Source: Balanoglossus misakiensis (lineage: Eukaryota; Animalia; Hemichordata). Taken from it: a stretch of DNA of 64,000 nucleotides. A program made the position numbers and the translations under genes. Shown here piece after piece: positions 27,301-39,156 of the stretch (within the stretch, counting starts at the first letter, position 1; every line of letters begins with the position of its first letter). A model generated the notes under the pieces. That model made no database searches. It was given only the letters and a program-made list of their open reading frames with translations, and was not told the origin of the DNA. Location: NCBI GenBank assembly GCA_040954595.2, contig CM082586.2, positions 11,129,337 to 11,193,336 of the forward strand, written 5' to 3'.

Positions 27301-28746
27301 AAAATTTCAAAATTTCGTCAATTTTGAAAAAATCATGGGTGAAAATCATCAAAAAATGACAAATTTTCGACTGCAAAATTTCAAAATTTCGTCAATTTTG
27401 AAAAAATCATGGGTGAAAATCATCAAAAAATGACAAATTTTCCTCTTTGCAAAATCTCAAAATTTCGTCGTTTTTTGAAAAAAGACGGGTGAAAATCATC
27501 TAAAAATGACAAATTTTCGACTTTGCAAAATCTCAAAATTTCGTTGATTTTTGAAAAAAATCATGGGGGAAAATCATCAAAAAATGACAAATTTACGACT
27601 ACAAAATCTCAAAATTTCGTCGATTTGTGAAAAAAAATCATGGGTGAAAATCATCAAAAAATGACAAATTTTCGACTTTGCAAAATCTCAAAATTTTGCC
27701 AATTTTGAAAAAATCATGGGTGAAAATCATCAAAAAATGACAAAGTTTTTACTGCAAAATCTCAAATTTTCGTCGATTTTTTAAAAAAATTGTTGAAAAT
27801 CATCAAAAAATGACAAATTTTTGACTGCAAAATCTCAAAATTTCGTCGATTTTTGAAAAAAAATCATTGTTGAAAATCATCAAAAAATGACAAATTTTCC
27901 TCTTTGCAAAATCTCAAAATTTCGTCGATTTTTGAAAAAAGACATGGGTGAAAATCATCAAAAAATGACAAATTTTAGACTTTGCAAAATCTCAAAATTT
28001 CGTCGATTTTTGAAAAAAAATCATGGAGGAAAATCATTAAAAAATGACAAATTTACGACTGCAAAATCTCAAAATTTCGTCGATTTGTGAAAAAAAATCA
28101 TGGGTGAAAATCATCAAAAAATGACAAATTTTTGACTGCAAAATCTCAAAATTTCGTCAATTTTTGAAAAAAATCATGGTTGAAAATCATCATGACAATG
28201 ACAAATTTTCGACTTTGCAAAATCTCAAAATTTCGTCGATTTTGAAAAAAATCATGGGTTCGTCCATTTTTGAAAAAAAAACATTGGGTGAAAATCATCA
28301 AAAAATGACAAATTTTCGACTTTGCAAAATCTCAAAATTTCGTCGATTTTTGAAGAAAATCATGGGTGAAAATCATCAAAAAATGACAAATTTTCGACTT
28401 TGCAAAATCTCAAAATTTCGTCGATTTTTGAAAAAAATCATGGGGGAAAATCATCAAAAAATTACAAATTTTCGACTGCAAAATCTCAAAATTTCGTCAA
28501 TTTTGAAAAAAATCATCGGTGAAAATCATCAAAAAATTACAAATTTTTTACTGCAAAATCTCAAATTTTCGTCGATTTTTTAAAAAAATTGTTGAAAATC
28601 ATCAAAAAATGACAAATTTTCCTCTTTTGCAAAATCTCAAAATTTCGTCGATTTTTGAAAAAAGACGGGTGAAAATCATCAAAAAATGACAAATTTTCGA
28701 CTTTGCAAAATCTCAAAATTTCGTCGATTTTTGAAAAAAATCATGG

Positions 28747-29290
28747 CAGGTGTTAAAGGTATCCCCCTGTATTTGGCATTTCATGATAGTTTCATCCCTC
28801 CAAATACCAAAGCTGCACCTGTACAACGGGATGAGATATGGCACTGTATGACAGAGGTCATCAAAATCACCTTATACATTTGGGCAAAAACCAACTGACA
28901 CTTACATTCGTCCCTGTGGAACAAAAACCACACCTATCGCCCTGTTGGTTAGTGTCCAATTAAATGTATAAAATCAATGACTTAGGCAGGTGCAACAGGT
29001 GACCCCGCCTTTGGTATATCATTATGGTCCCATCCGTATATGCCCCCCCCCCCCCCAAGCCAAAGCTGCATGCATCTTCTGTAGATGCTCACTAAGCAAA
29101 AGTAGGTGAAAGGTCACATAAGGTCGCCCACAACTTGACGGGAAAATCGGACTTCATATTGATCCATGTGCAACAAATACCACGCTACCACCCCTTTCAT
29201 TGACCCCACAATTACGCATGCACATAATTATTGAGTTACGCAGGTGTCACAGGTGACCCCCGAATCGGGTGTATTATTTTGGTCCCATAC
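28747..29290. repeat. Highly diverged ~240-254 bp tandem units abutting the satellite edge
   Basis: Units start with CAGGTG at 28747, 28987 and 29241 and share the motifs GGTGACCCC, GGTCCCAT, CCAAAGCTGCA, TGTG.AACAAA.ACCAC and TGA.TTA.GCAGGTG. Confidence 0.7.
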
Positions 29291-29630
29291 AGCTGCATGT
29301 AGCTGCGTGCCGTTACGGGCGACCTGATAACCCACACGGCCACCTGCGGGCCGACCCCCATACTGAACGTCCAGTTGCAACATCACGACTGAAGTAGGAA
29401 CTTTTGAACGGCAACGAAGCCTGATCTCTGATTATTGCTGGTACCATACTCCCTTCGTGCAAGAAAATCACTGGTCTGCTGACGTATTTCAGGCAATTTC
29501 CCAAACTACTATCCACTACATGTGACTACAATGCTAATGAAACCTCCCACAACATTAGCGACTTAGAGTCAAAGCCCACTGCCAGTGTAGCCGGGTTTGC
29601 GTAGACACATTTGAATGGCAACAGCTAACA

Positions 29631-32600
29631 AATAATAATAATTCTTTATTTCAGACTTTAAAAAAAGTCCATATACCCAAAAGAGAGAAGAAAAAAAAAC
29701 AATAATAATAATCTGACACTGAGACACACACAAAAAAAAACTTACATGATATAAAATTGCTTTCGCCAATGTTTGAAAAATATGCTGTCAGTCGCTCTAT
29801 CTGATGAACAGATCGCATCAAGTAAAACATTAGAAGAATTTTCGAGTCTACGCTTAAGATGGGTCCCTGGGATCTTTTTGCTCGTTGCTATGGGCCTTTA
29901 TAGGACATTACACCCCGATTTGGACTAAGCCGTTTTCAGAGTCTAACAAGGGGCTGGTAACTAGTTGAAAATCTGCACGATTGTGAGCGCGCGCCCCCTG
30001 ACGCCATTGATATGAAAATTAGCTAGGTCAAATTTCAAAAGCCTAAGGCTTTTTATTCCGTGACCTCAAAAACGAACTTGATACGTATTCATTAGTTGCT
30101 TGAACCAGGGAAGATCGTGACGGATTTTGTTTTCGAATATTATCGTTGTATCCTAAGATTTCAGCATACCCGTACCACACCTGAAAAAGTCATCGATTTT
30201 GGGTGTTTTTGGACGCACTCTTCCACCGGTATCGCTTCTTAGCACGACGAAAACCGAAAAAACGATCCGTCACACTGTGCGGAAGTGCGTTCTCAACAAG
30301 CAGGTCAAATTTGACTGGCGTACGTGGCCTATGAAAAAAGCCTTAGGGATTTTCGTGAACGGTACAAAATCTCTGTGTACAAAACATTGGATTTTTAGCG
30401 TTCGATCCAGTTACTGTGGTTACAGGACGCGCACGCTATCGCTGACCGCTGCTTTGCCGTATTAGCGTGGCGGCCTATGGCCGGGTGGTAGCTGCCGTAA
30501 ACATACTCGGACAGGGGGTGTGCACACAATCGTGCAGATTTTCAACTAGTTACCAGCCCCTTGTTAGACTCTGAAAACGGCTTAGTCCAAATCGGGGTGT
30601 AATGTCCTATAAAGGCCCATAGCAACGAGCAAAAAGATCCCAGGGACCCATCTTAAAACTGTACATATTGCGTCTAAAAACTTCACCAAGTGACAATACA
30701 TGTACATGGTTTGTAGCAAACATACCCGATGCACAGCAAAATGGCGGAAGACCGAGAAATCTTCTCCAAACATTATTGTACATAGTTTTAAATTTTTTCA
30801 TCGGTTTAACTTTAAAGGATGCCCACAAACTGCAACAGTAAATATTACTACAATATGCCAAAAATAAAACTTTCTTCACATCTTGACTACAATGTTGAAA
30901 ATGTCTCAATAGCATGTTTGCTCTTACACAAAATGCTCTTCTCTGTCGTTCAATATCTTCATTATCACAACCATCACAAGATATAACATGGCCCAGATAG
31001 GTGTGTACAGGTACAAACTTTAAAGTGATGTCATTAAGTTTAACCGAAGGAATTCTTTGAACGCTCATATTCTTCCCATTAAAAAGCATGCACACAGTTT
31101 TACTAGAATTATAAATGATATCATAATCCTTGCCATAAATTTCACAAATTCTAAGAAGACGGCGTAGACCCTTAATACTTGGACTGAGTAGAGTCATGTC
31201 GTCAGCGTAACCTAAAGTGTTAGCGCTGACACCACACATGGTACAGCCAACTTTGGCTTTACAGAGTGCATTGATAATATCATCAATGTAGACATTAAAA
31301 AGATAGGGAGAGAGTACCCCCCCTTGTCTTACACCGTTAGAAACAGAAAACAACTCTGAGGGTTCATTACCCCACAACACAGTAAACAATTGATTTCTGT
31401 ACCATTAATATAAAATTCGTACAGCATACAAGGGAACATTCCTGTCGATGTGCTTGTTAATTATAACCAGTTTAAAGTGATTAACTCTGTCAAAAGCTTT
31501 TGAAGCATCCAGAAAACAAGTAAACACTGGTCTTCCATTGCTGGTGTAGTAGCTAATGATTTCTTTAAATGCATATAAACACAGGTCAGTTGAATGTTCT
31601 CGCTTGAAACCAAATTGTAAATAATGAGAGGTAAGAAACTCCTCACAACGAGAAAGTAAAATATGCTCAAAAAACTTTAGAGAAAAAAGTTGCTAGTGCT
31701 ATCGGCCGGTAGTTACTGGCATCACTACAAAGCTTAGTTTTATCCTTAATAATTGGAACTAAATTAACATTGATAGCCTCAGTTGGCAGGTAACCATGAA
31801 CAATCATTGCATTAATACAACAAGTCAAAAAGGGTAAAATAGAGGAGTCTGAGAATTTGAGGTGCTCAGCTAAAATATTGTCAATGCCAGCTGTCTTACC
31901 GTCAGGTAACTTATGTATAGCAGAAATTACTTCGTCTTCAGAAACATACATATCAGAAGAAAATTTAACATACTTCATTTTCTCCTCGATGTCATTTTTA
32001 CCAGTCTGAGCCTGGACAGAATTCAAAATATCACTGAAATGCTTGTGCCACATAATTGCAATTTCACTCTCAACAGTCGCTCCACCTACAGTGTCAGAAA
32101 GCGGCGTTTTTCTGCTAGTTTGCTTTCTGACTTCCTCCCAGAAGTCGTTCTGTTTGTGGCAGCGTAAATTATCAGCCATCTTGTCAGCCCTATTTTGATT
32201 CTCAATCTTTTTACAAGCACGTAAAGCATACTAAAAACGAGCTCTGGAAGAGTTCATGGTTTCAAAAAGCGGGCCTTGTTTAGGTTTACCCACATTAACC
32301 CATAATAAAAACATGGAACGGGCATAGTCGTGACTTTCTTTTACAAAATCGTTCCAGCCAGGCACAACATGAACTTTCTGGTGAAACTTACGTCTAATGG
32401 TATCTTTTGCAGCACAATTCAATGCGTCCACAATACTACTATAACAAGTATCAATTGCCTGTAAATGCGAAGGGTCTGTACAGTTCACATTAGTGCAGAA
32501 TAACTCTTCGGATAAATTAATCTTATCAATCTTGGCTTTGGTACAACCGGTGTAGGCGGATATATTCTGCTGTGACAATTTTTTCCAATCAACTCGAAAA

Positions 32601-32766
32601 TTACATTGCTTGAAGGAACTACTGCTGAAGCTTTCATCAGCAGAAGTGTTGAAATGAACCTCTATTGAAACAGGAATATGGTCGGAGTCAACAACATTGC
32701 AAAGACTCGAAATTGAAAGAACATTGCTATGAGAAATTTCAGTGGTAACACAGTAGTCAATCCAAA
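29631..32766 (-). mobile_element. Dead, 5'-truncated non-LTR retrotransposon (LINE ORF2: end of APE plus RT; RTE-X-like, clade tentative)
   Basis: WIDY...SDHIPV (APE end), PGWND..H..AR..F..W...GKPKQG, NYRPIAL, QFGFK, FLDASKAFDRVNH, GVRQGGVLSPYLF, YADD, YLGH, CASGMF. 3' end GTCTGAAATAAAG plus (ATT)n tail at ~29631-29655. In-frame stop at 32231, frameshift at ~31670 and another stop near 31407. Confidence 0.93.
29858..30652. mobile_element. Non-autonomous DNA transposon (795 bp) with ~130-143 bp TIRs and TTAA TSD, Kolobok-like, nested in LINE ORF2
   Basis: TTAA (29854-57) GATGGGTCCCTGGGATC...GATCCCAGGGACCCATC TTAA (30653-56). Removing it restores the LINE frame MYSFK-RRLENSSNVLL...HWRKQFYIM*. 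RR..YY termini fit Kolobok rather than piggyBac (CC..GG). Confidence 0.92.
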
Positions 32767-33368
32767 CTCAGCGTAATTCAATAAAACGCCCTAACACAGC
32801 CTGAACTCCGATAATGTGTTGTCCCAAAATTCATTCCGTGGAAAATAATCACTGGTCTGTTTACGTATTTCAGCCGATTTTCCAAGGACTACTGCAACCC
32901 GCCAGAAGTGAGTAGCCTGCTAATGAGATCTCCACAACATAACGTAATGACGGTCAAAGTCCGATGCCCCAGTGTCCGTCCTCAGCCCACCAAAAAAAGC
33001 GAAAAAATATTACAAAAATCTTCTTCTCAAAATCGACGTGGCCTAGGACCTTGAAATTTGGCACAGGGGATTTTGGCCACATGGTCTACAAAAATCGCGA
33101 AAAGACTGTACATGCCCCCATTAACGTGCAAATTAGGTCAATTTGAAAATTTCGCTCGATTATAGCAACAAAGTCACGTGACTAATTACAAATTCAAAGG
33201 GCTGGTGCACCAGTACTATGGGCCCCAACCACCGTGCCAAATTTGGAAGGCGCACCTGCCGGAATTTCAGAGAAAAACGGGCGCAAAAAAACGACTCAAG
33301 AAGAAAGAAGACAAACTCCAGCAATAACAGAAGGGGACCAAGCGCCTGAGGGCTCTTGGTCCCCTAAA
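32767..33368 (-). mobile_element. Helentron/HINE (DINE-1-like) non-autonomous element terminus, probably continuing leftwards past the LINE
   Basis: Terminal hairpin AGGGGACCAAG..CTTGGTCCCCT (33332-33365) next to a T-run on the minus strand, an adjacent (TCT)n-like microsatellite (33298-33310), and the motifs TCTTCTTCTC and AAATTTGGCAC. 32840-32975 is homologous to 29460-29590 on the other side of the LINE. Confidence 0.6.
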
Positions 33369-34108
33369 TATGGGACTAAACTTGACAGATACCCGGAATA
33401 TTTTCCTATTCAGGATACCTGGTTGCATTTCCACCTAAAGGCGTCCTATTGGCGTGGAAATTGTATAACTTGAAATCGTTTGACTGGGTGATAGGTATTA
33501 ATATCTTATGATGTTATAAAACACTTGGCTCGCCGAAGGTATGGACCGATTATAGCGTCAGTCGTGTCATACAATCTATATGAACGTCATGGGTCAATAA
33601 ACTTGATGGTCCAATAAAATTCAATGGTTAGTAAAACTATTGTGTCCAATGTCTGCAGAGTATACTGGCTGCAACATGTGTATGAGTCAGGATTAATGTC
33701 TGTAGCCATCAACCCAAAAGGTGAACGTCCTATTCTCACTAACTTAAATAGGTTTTGCGACCTAGTTGAGTTATAAAAACCTTATGATAAAGTCGACACA
33801 ATTTCAAATGACGATGTGCAAATGAGAGTTCATAAGCTAAAGTAAAGTTCAATGAATTCTATACAAAGTTCAAAAAAGATTGTTTACTAAAGGAAGACAT
33901 GAAAAAACTGATATCGTCTCTTTATATTCGTACATGTCCAACTGTTGTGATTTGACCCCTCCCCCCCCCCCCCCCAGGACATGGTACATGAAGCTATTAC
34001 TTAGTACACACTTAAACAATTGGCATTTGAAGTGCCTTGCTTGACAGTGTTTAATGCGGTGGTCAGTCGCGTTTATCTCTCGCCACTTCATGCATCATGT
34101 CGCCTTAA

Positions 34109-34416
34109 AGGGGCAAACTCTCTCTCCCGTCGCCCTTTTCTATTAATAATGTTTGATACAAGACACCGTTTATATTAATGGGCATGTGTATATGTAGTGA
34201 ATGAACGTTCAACCACACACAACTTCCATCCTGCTTGTATGATATGAGAGTAAAAACTCGCCCAAAATGAATAAATGGTAGAGACCGATTTTTCAGTTTG
34301 GCGAGTTTTCGCTCTCGTGTCAACATGCGGGATGGAAGGTGTGTGCGGTTGAACGTTGCATCACTATATATCCACATTTACATTAACATAAACGGTGTTT
34401 TGTATTGTCATTTCTT
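34109..34416. mobile_element. Palindromic TTAA-flanked MITE family A, degenerate copy
   Basis: TTAA|AGGGGCAAACTCTCTCTC..TGATACAAGACACCGTTTAT..., homologous to the copies at 35197, 47093 and 47771. Confidence 0.75.
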
Positions 34417-34700
34417 TTAATCGTGGATTTTCGTTTCTGATTTGTATGTATAATGAAAATCCATTTTGGGTCACTGCACTTGTTTTCGACTTTAAACAAG
34501 GCCGTGAATTTAGTCGATAATTGAAGAAAACTGCTGACGGTCAGCATTTTCTAACAATGGTTTGCCTATGGATACAATATTGAACAAAGTTTATCTCAAA
34601 ATAGACCGTGGTGAATTTATTTTGATTTGTCGGAGCTATGTGTAAAATTTCCTGAAAATGACAATAATAGAAGGGAGTTTTCTAACTATTCTCCATGTAC
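34410..34700. repeat. Dispersed repeat, also present at ~52460-52600 (direct) and ~53640-53980 (inverted)
   Basis: Shared motifs TTTCTTTTAAT, TGTATGTATAATGAAAAT, TGAATTTAGTCGATAATTGAA and TTTATCTCAAAATAG (reverse complement at ~53772). Confidence 0.65.
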
Positions 34701-35196
34701 TCCTATGGGAAGAGACACAGGCGCACAGTTTACCAGTTGACGTTCTGCGCGTACATCATTGAGTGTACTGGCAGCTAACTTATTGTTTATTTGTAACAGC
34801 AATTGGATCTTGGAGCACTGTTTGGAACACCCTTTGTGAAATATGAATGTCCAGAAGGTAAGTTGAATTGACCCTAGCCCTTTCACCAACATGGTTCAGT
34901 CAAAACCAATTGTTTTCTATGGTAATGTTGGACCTCTAAAGAGGAAACGGGGGGGGGGGTGATGAAAGGTTTAAGACTTACAGATCACAACTTAAATAGC
35001 CATTCAGAAAGAGGCTTAGAGTGGAGTATCAAATCGGACGATACCACTGACTGGTGGAGGAAGACAAAATAAGCAAACTGAGTAGATGAGTGCTCAGATT
35101 TCTTCAGAGGACCAAACGTTTCAAAGAATTATACGTGACAATCCATGCCTGGTCCGTCAGTAGATATAAACAGAACATTGTGGCTGTATTCATTAA

Positions 35197-35487
35197 AGGG
35201 ACAAAGTCTCTCTCTCGCTGCCCTTTTTCCATTAATTATGTTTGATACAAGACTGCGTTTATATTATTCTACATGTGGATATAGTGAATCAACGTTCAAC
35301 CATACACACCTTCCACTCCGCTTGTATAGACACGAGAGTTTTAAAAAGTCGCCAAAATGAATAAACGGTCTCTACCATTTATTCATTTCGGGCGGGTTTT
35401 TACTCTCGTATCATACAAGCGGGATGGAAGTTGTGTGTGGTTGAACGTTCATTCACTAACATAAACGGTGTCTTGTATCATGTCCCT
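35197..35487. mobile_element. MITE family A (Kolobok-like), right arm internally deleted
   Basis: TTAA|AGGGACAAAG...TGTCCCT|TTAA with a long internal palindrome. Confidence 0.85.
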
Positions 35488-36267
35488 TTAACACTTTTGA
35501 AGCATTTTACTAATGCTAACATGACTAGACCAATTGAATGATGTTACATTGCAGGTTATCAACTCAGAGGGGCGTCTTGTTATAAAGCGGTACCTGACAA
35601 ACAATCAGCTGGCAACGCTGAAAATACCTGTCAGTCGTAAGTATGAAAGTATACATCATTTGAGTAGAATTTTATGGGAGATCCTAACAAGGCTTGGACA
35701 TGTCACGCACAAATACAAAGGGCGCGTATAAAGACAGACAAAACCTCGCTTAGTGTGAGGTGTTCAGCGATTGCATCTGATAAGTCGAAAATGCTTGATC
35801 ACGTGTCATGTTCAGTTGGGAAATTGGATATGTCTCAGGCCAAAAAAACTAATATGTGTTATTCCGATTACATGGTTTTCAAAAATAGGGTAGGTAGAAA
35901 GGGACATTTTTTTATTTTTCAATTTTTTTATATCTTTGGCCGTCGTAGTGTAGAAGAATGACATCATAGTTCTTGCGTGATTCTCGCAATTTTCATGAAT
36001 TGTTGTATATTTGACATCGTTATTTTTACTTCCGGTTTACGAAGATCTAAACTGTTTTGGGTCGGCGGGCTAAAATTAGGGTAGTTCGGGTAATCGTTAT
36101 GACATTGGGAGCTACGGCTGCAAAGCCATGTGTCTCGTGCGAAAAGGGCCCTTAACCTTTTGCAATATTTAACAGCAAACAACAGACAGTTTTGAGAATA
36201 AAAGGTTTCCGTCGTGTCTGACTTTCATATCGCATTAATAGCATATCCCTAAATTTAAAGAAATTAG

Positions 36268-36500
36268 GAGAGACAGAGTGAAACAGGCAGAGTGGCAGAC
36301 AGACACAAGCAGACAGACAGAGCAACATTCATCAGTAGAGACACTCATCGGTCGCTCGCTCGCTCGGTCGCTCACTCTCTCTCTCAGAGAGAGGGGGCAG
36401 ACAGTCAGACAGACCGACGTTGACAGACAGTCAGTAAGTCAGTCAGCCAGTTAATCAGTCAGTCAGACGTCAAAGACACAGTGACACAAACACAGCGAGG
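36268..36500. repeat. Compound microsatellite (GACA/TCGC/CT/CAGT)
   Basis: Degenerate tetranucleotide and dinucleotide runs. Confidence 0.7.
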
Positions 36501-39023
36501 GAGACAACAGGACCTTTCATGCTTAAACCCCTGTTCTTCTGTTATAAACTTTGAAAACCGTTCGTTTTCAGACTGCAGATTGCTCGAATAACGCGACACA
36601 CTGCCGAAACAATAAAACAAATACTAGTGGGAGCTCATAAAATAAAATCGCTCAACCATTCCGTCGTCCTGAGTGACCTCAGCCACATTAATTCCGACGT
36701 CTTTTTAGGGTCATGAAAAAAGTCACAAATAAGGTATTTCCCCTAGGTCCACCTGAAGCAAAAAGTTTTCGTTTCGACTCCATCATTCCGAATAGTAAGA
36801 AAGCAACAAAATTGAAAAGACAGATGTAAAATGCACTCTCTCTCACGTGGTAACGTTTGTAACTATGGCAATCACGGTACGTGTTCAGTACACAGACAGG
36901 GAGAAAAGTTTCTCCATGCAATACATGTGTTCAGTAAGGTTTGACCTTGGTTTTACTTTGTACCATGATCGCCGCTTTCTAAGCATGGATGAACGACGGC
37001 GGTCAGACCCAATCGAACCCTTTCATGTCAGATGACCACGGTATCTCCACTGTGAGATGACATTTGACAAACCATTTGATTTCAACAAAATCTTCGCGTC
37101 GTCAACGCGTCGCATACCAGTCGCATATCGGTATTTACCCAATCATAAAAGTTGGAAATTCGGGAGACTCGATCTGCAACCAAGTTGAGAGTAAATTTTG
37201 ACGTTTGACTATTGGCAAGTAAACAGGTTACACAATGACTTGTCGGTTTTTCCTCCGTCATGGTCGTTCTCGACCCAAGTCCCCCCTCCCAATGTCCTTC
37301 CTTGACATTTAGACACACCTTGCGGTATGACCTTGGTGGTCATGTGCAATTAGTTTTCTTGTATAAAAGCTTTTCATGCCGGGGTAGACGACTTGTGCGT
37401 GGATCATCAACATTTCAGTGATATTTCAACGCAAAGTTTTAGCAATATTAAGAAAACAGGTAGTGAGGTGTCAAATGCATATCAATGTACGAAAATTAGG
37501 TCAAGCCACCCGACAGCAACCGCTTTCACACAGTGTCGGACGTTGCACGGAATGTGAAACGTTACACTGCTTCGGCCGTTCACATGCACCTGGGCGTGGG
37601 TTTGATTGATGGTCAAACGCCCCCACTTACTTTGGGCGTTTTCAATGGTAAATGTGTCGTATTGATCGAAACCTTGCCGTAAACACATTTTTTTTGCTGA
37701 ATCAACATTCAGAGTTCAGCCGTCTAGTTAACGAAGTATTGAAGTAAGCCACTTGTTCATCATTTTTTGTCTGTCAAACGTGTTTATTCGGACAGGGACC
37801 GGCCGCCAATGAGGGGTTTAGGGAGCCCACACGTACACTCTGGTACCTGGACAATTAACATAGACATGTCGTGTGTACCGTCCGGTTCGAAAAGATTGGT
37901 TTAAGGTAGTCCTGGTAACAGTCATCCTAACGAGGCCAGGGGAGGTCTCCAAGGGCGAAATAAACATAGCTACCGATGACGAGTCGAATTCGAATCGGAC
38001 GATGCTTGTTCATAAAAGGCACAGACATAAAGCTTCGAAGTTTTTTGTCTGTGTAGTAAAGATACGACTAATCAGCCTATAGTGTAACCGTAGACCCTGG
38101 AGAAATACCAGAGCACAGCACAATGCAGCAAATGGAGTGAAACAAGAACAAAGCTTAGTCTCTGCCGCAAACAAAGCTAAATCACATATTGACACTCCAA
38201 ATAGAAGCAAGACAGCCGGGGGGGGAGGCACAGTTGTAGATCGCGGTGTTGACCCGCCCCTTCCACATCCTGTAGATGTTTGTGCGTCCAAGGCATTTTT
38301 GATAAAATATAGACTTTTGTTTTTAGCTCGAGTGTGGCCTAAGTATATCACCGTTCACACGAAAAATGTCTGTCTTTTTCAAAACGTTGTATTATACTTC
38401 TGTGTAATTTGAACTCTAATACAAGTGACAGTATTAGAGGACAGATTTGGCACAGACAAAATTCGTATTAACAAACCACAGAGAAAACGTCAAAATGGAG
38501 CGATTTATAAAATGATCAATTCCACGAGTTTGCAAATTAAAGTTAAAGAGATACAGTTTCATTGGGTGGATCACTATCCTAGAGCGGTCTGGAAGCATGG
38601 GTGGATTTTTACCTGGTGTTTGTTTACCTGGTAAAAATAGGCTATTGTTCTCCCCTGCTTTTCATAGCGGATTTTTTAACACGTCTCCTCGAGATCAAAC
38701 ATTAATGAGCGATTAAAAGCGCTTCGTATACTTTTTGTGGGTCGAGTTGTGTTTTTCGTTTTATTTGGTCATTAATTCGATCAGAATGGATTGTTTATTG
38801 TTGTATTGTTAAAAGCTTGGATTTTATGTTTCAGTTGTGCAGAGTGCTTAAGTATGCTCGACTTGCGTGGCAATTCTGCATATTTGGAGCATTCTTTGGA
38901 ATTTAATTGATTTGGACATGAGTTTGTTGTTTGGTTGGTCATGGAACAACACGTGACATTGTCTGCATGACATTCTTTAGGGTGTTCCAATTCTGTAAAT
39001 GACATGAGGTGGTTACATAGGAC

Positions 39024-39156
39024 CATATATGGCTGAGATGAGAACATATGGCGGCGCTCTTTTTTCGCGTGTGCCACCCACTAAAAATCTGTGATTGGCT
39101 ACATCTCAATTTGCCATGGTAACTATAGCTAATTTTCCATAGGTGACCGTATACCT
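39024..39156 (-). mobile_element. Terminal fragment of a TTAA-flanked MITE related to 54251-54435
   Basis: Reverse complement of AGGTATA..CACC.ATGGAAAATTAGCTATA..GTTACCATGG..AGCCAATCACAGATTTT; ends TATACCT|TTAA at 39157-60. Confidence 0.7.

Larger units (their letters stand above)
1..28746. repeat. AT-rich satellite array, 78-bp monomer (consensus GGGTGAAAATCATCAAAAAATGACAAATTTTCGACTTTGCAAAATCTCAAAATTTCGTCGATTTTTGAAAAAAATCAT), with truncated variants and higher-order repeats; runs off the window start
   Basis: Direct tandem repetition. The ORF track shows a 26-aa period (MGENHQKMTNFRLCKISKFRRFLKKI = 78 nt). Identical ORF blocks recur at offsets 2466, 1930/1931, 1825 and 1220 bp. Interrupted only at 4083-6612. 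Confidence 0.98.

Noticed and set aside
145-28898. Dozens of Lys/Phe-rich ORFs (MGENHQKMTNFRLCKISKFRRFLKKI repeats)
   Set aside because: By-products of a 78-bp monomer (a multiple of 3) lacking stops in some frames; frames shift freely with A-tract length changes.
30582-30652. C-terminus MGPWDLFARCYGPL of the LINE RT ORF
   Set aside because: Derived from the inserted TIR; the true LINE C-terminus continues at 29853 leftwards.
29858-30652. piggyBac assignment for the TTAA-flanked elements
   Set aside because: Termini are GA..TC or AG..CT rather than the CC(C/T)..(A/G)GG typical of piggyBac.
35837-36105. Possible MITE starting AGGCCAAAAAAA with GGGTAGGTAG / GGGTCGGCGGG motifs
   Set aside because: No matching right TIR or TSD is visible in the window, so it cannot be delimited.
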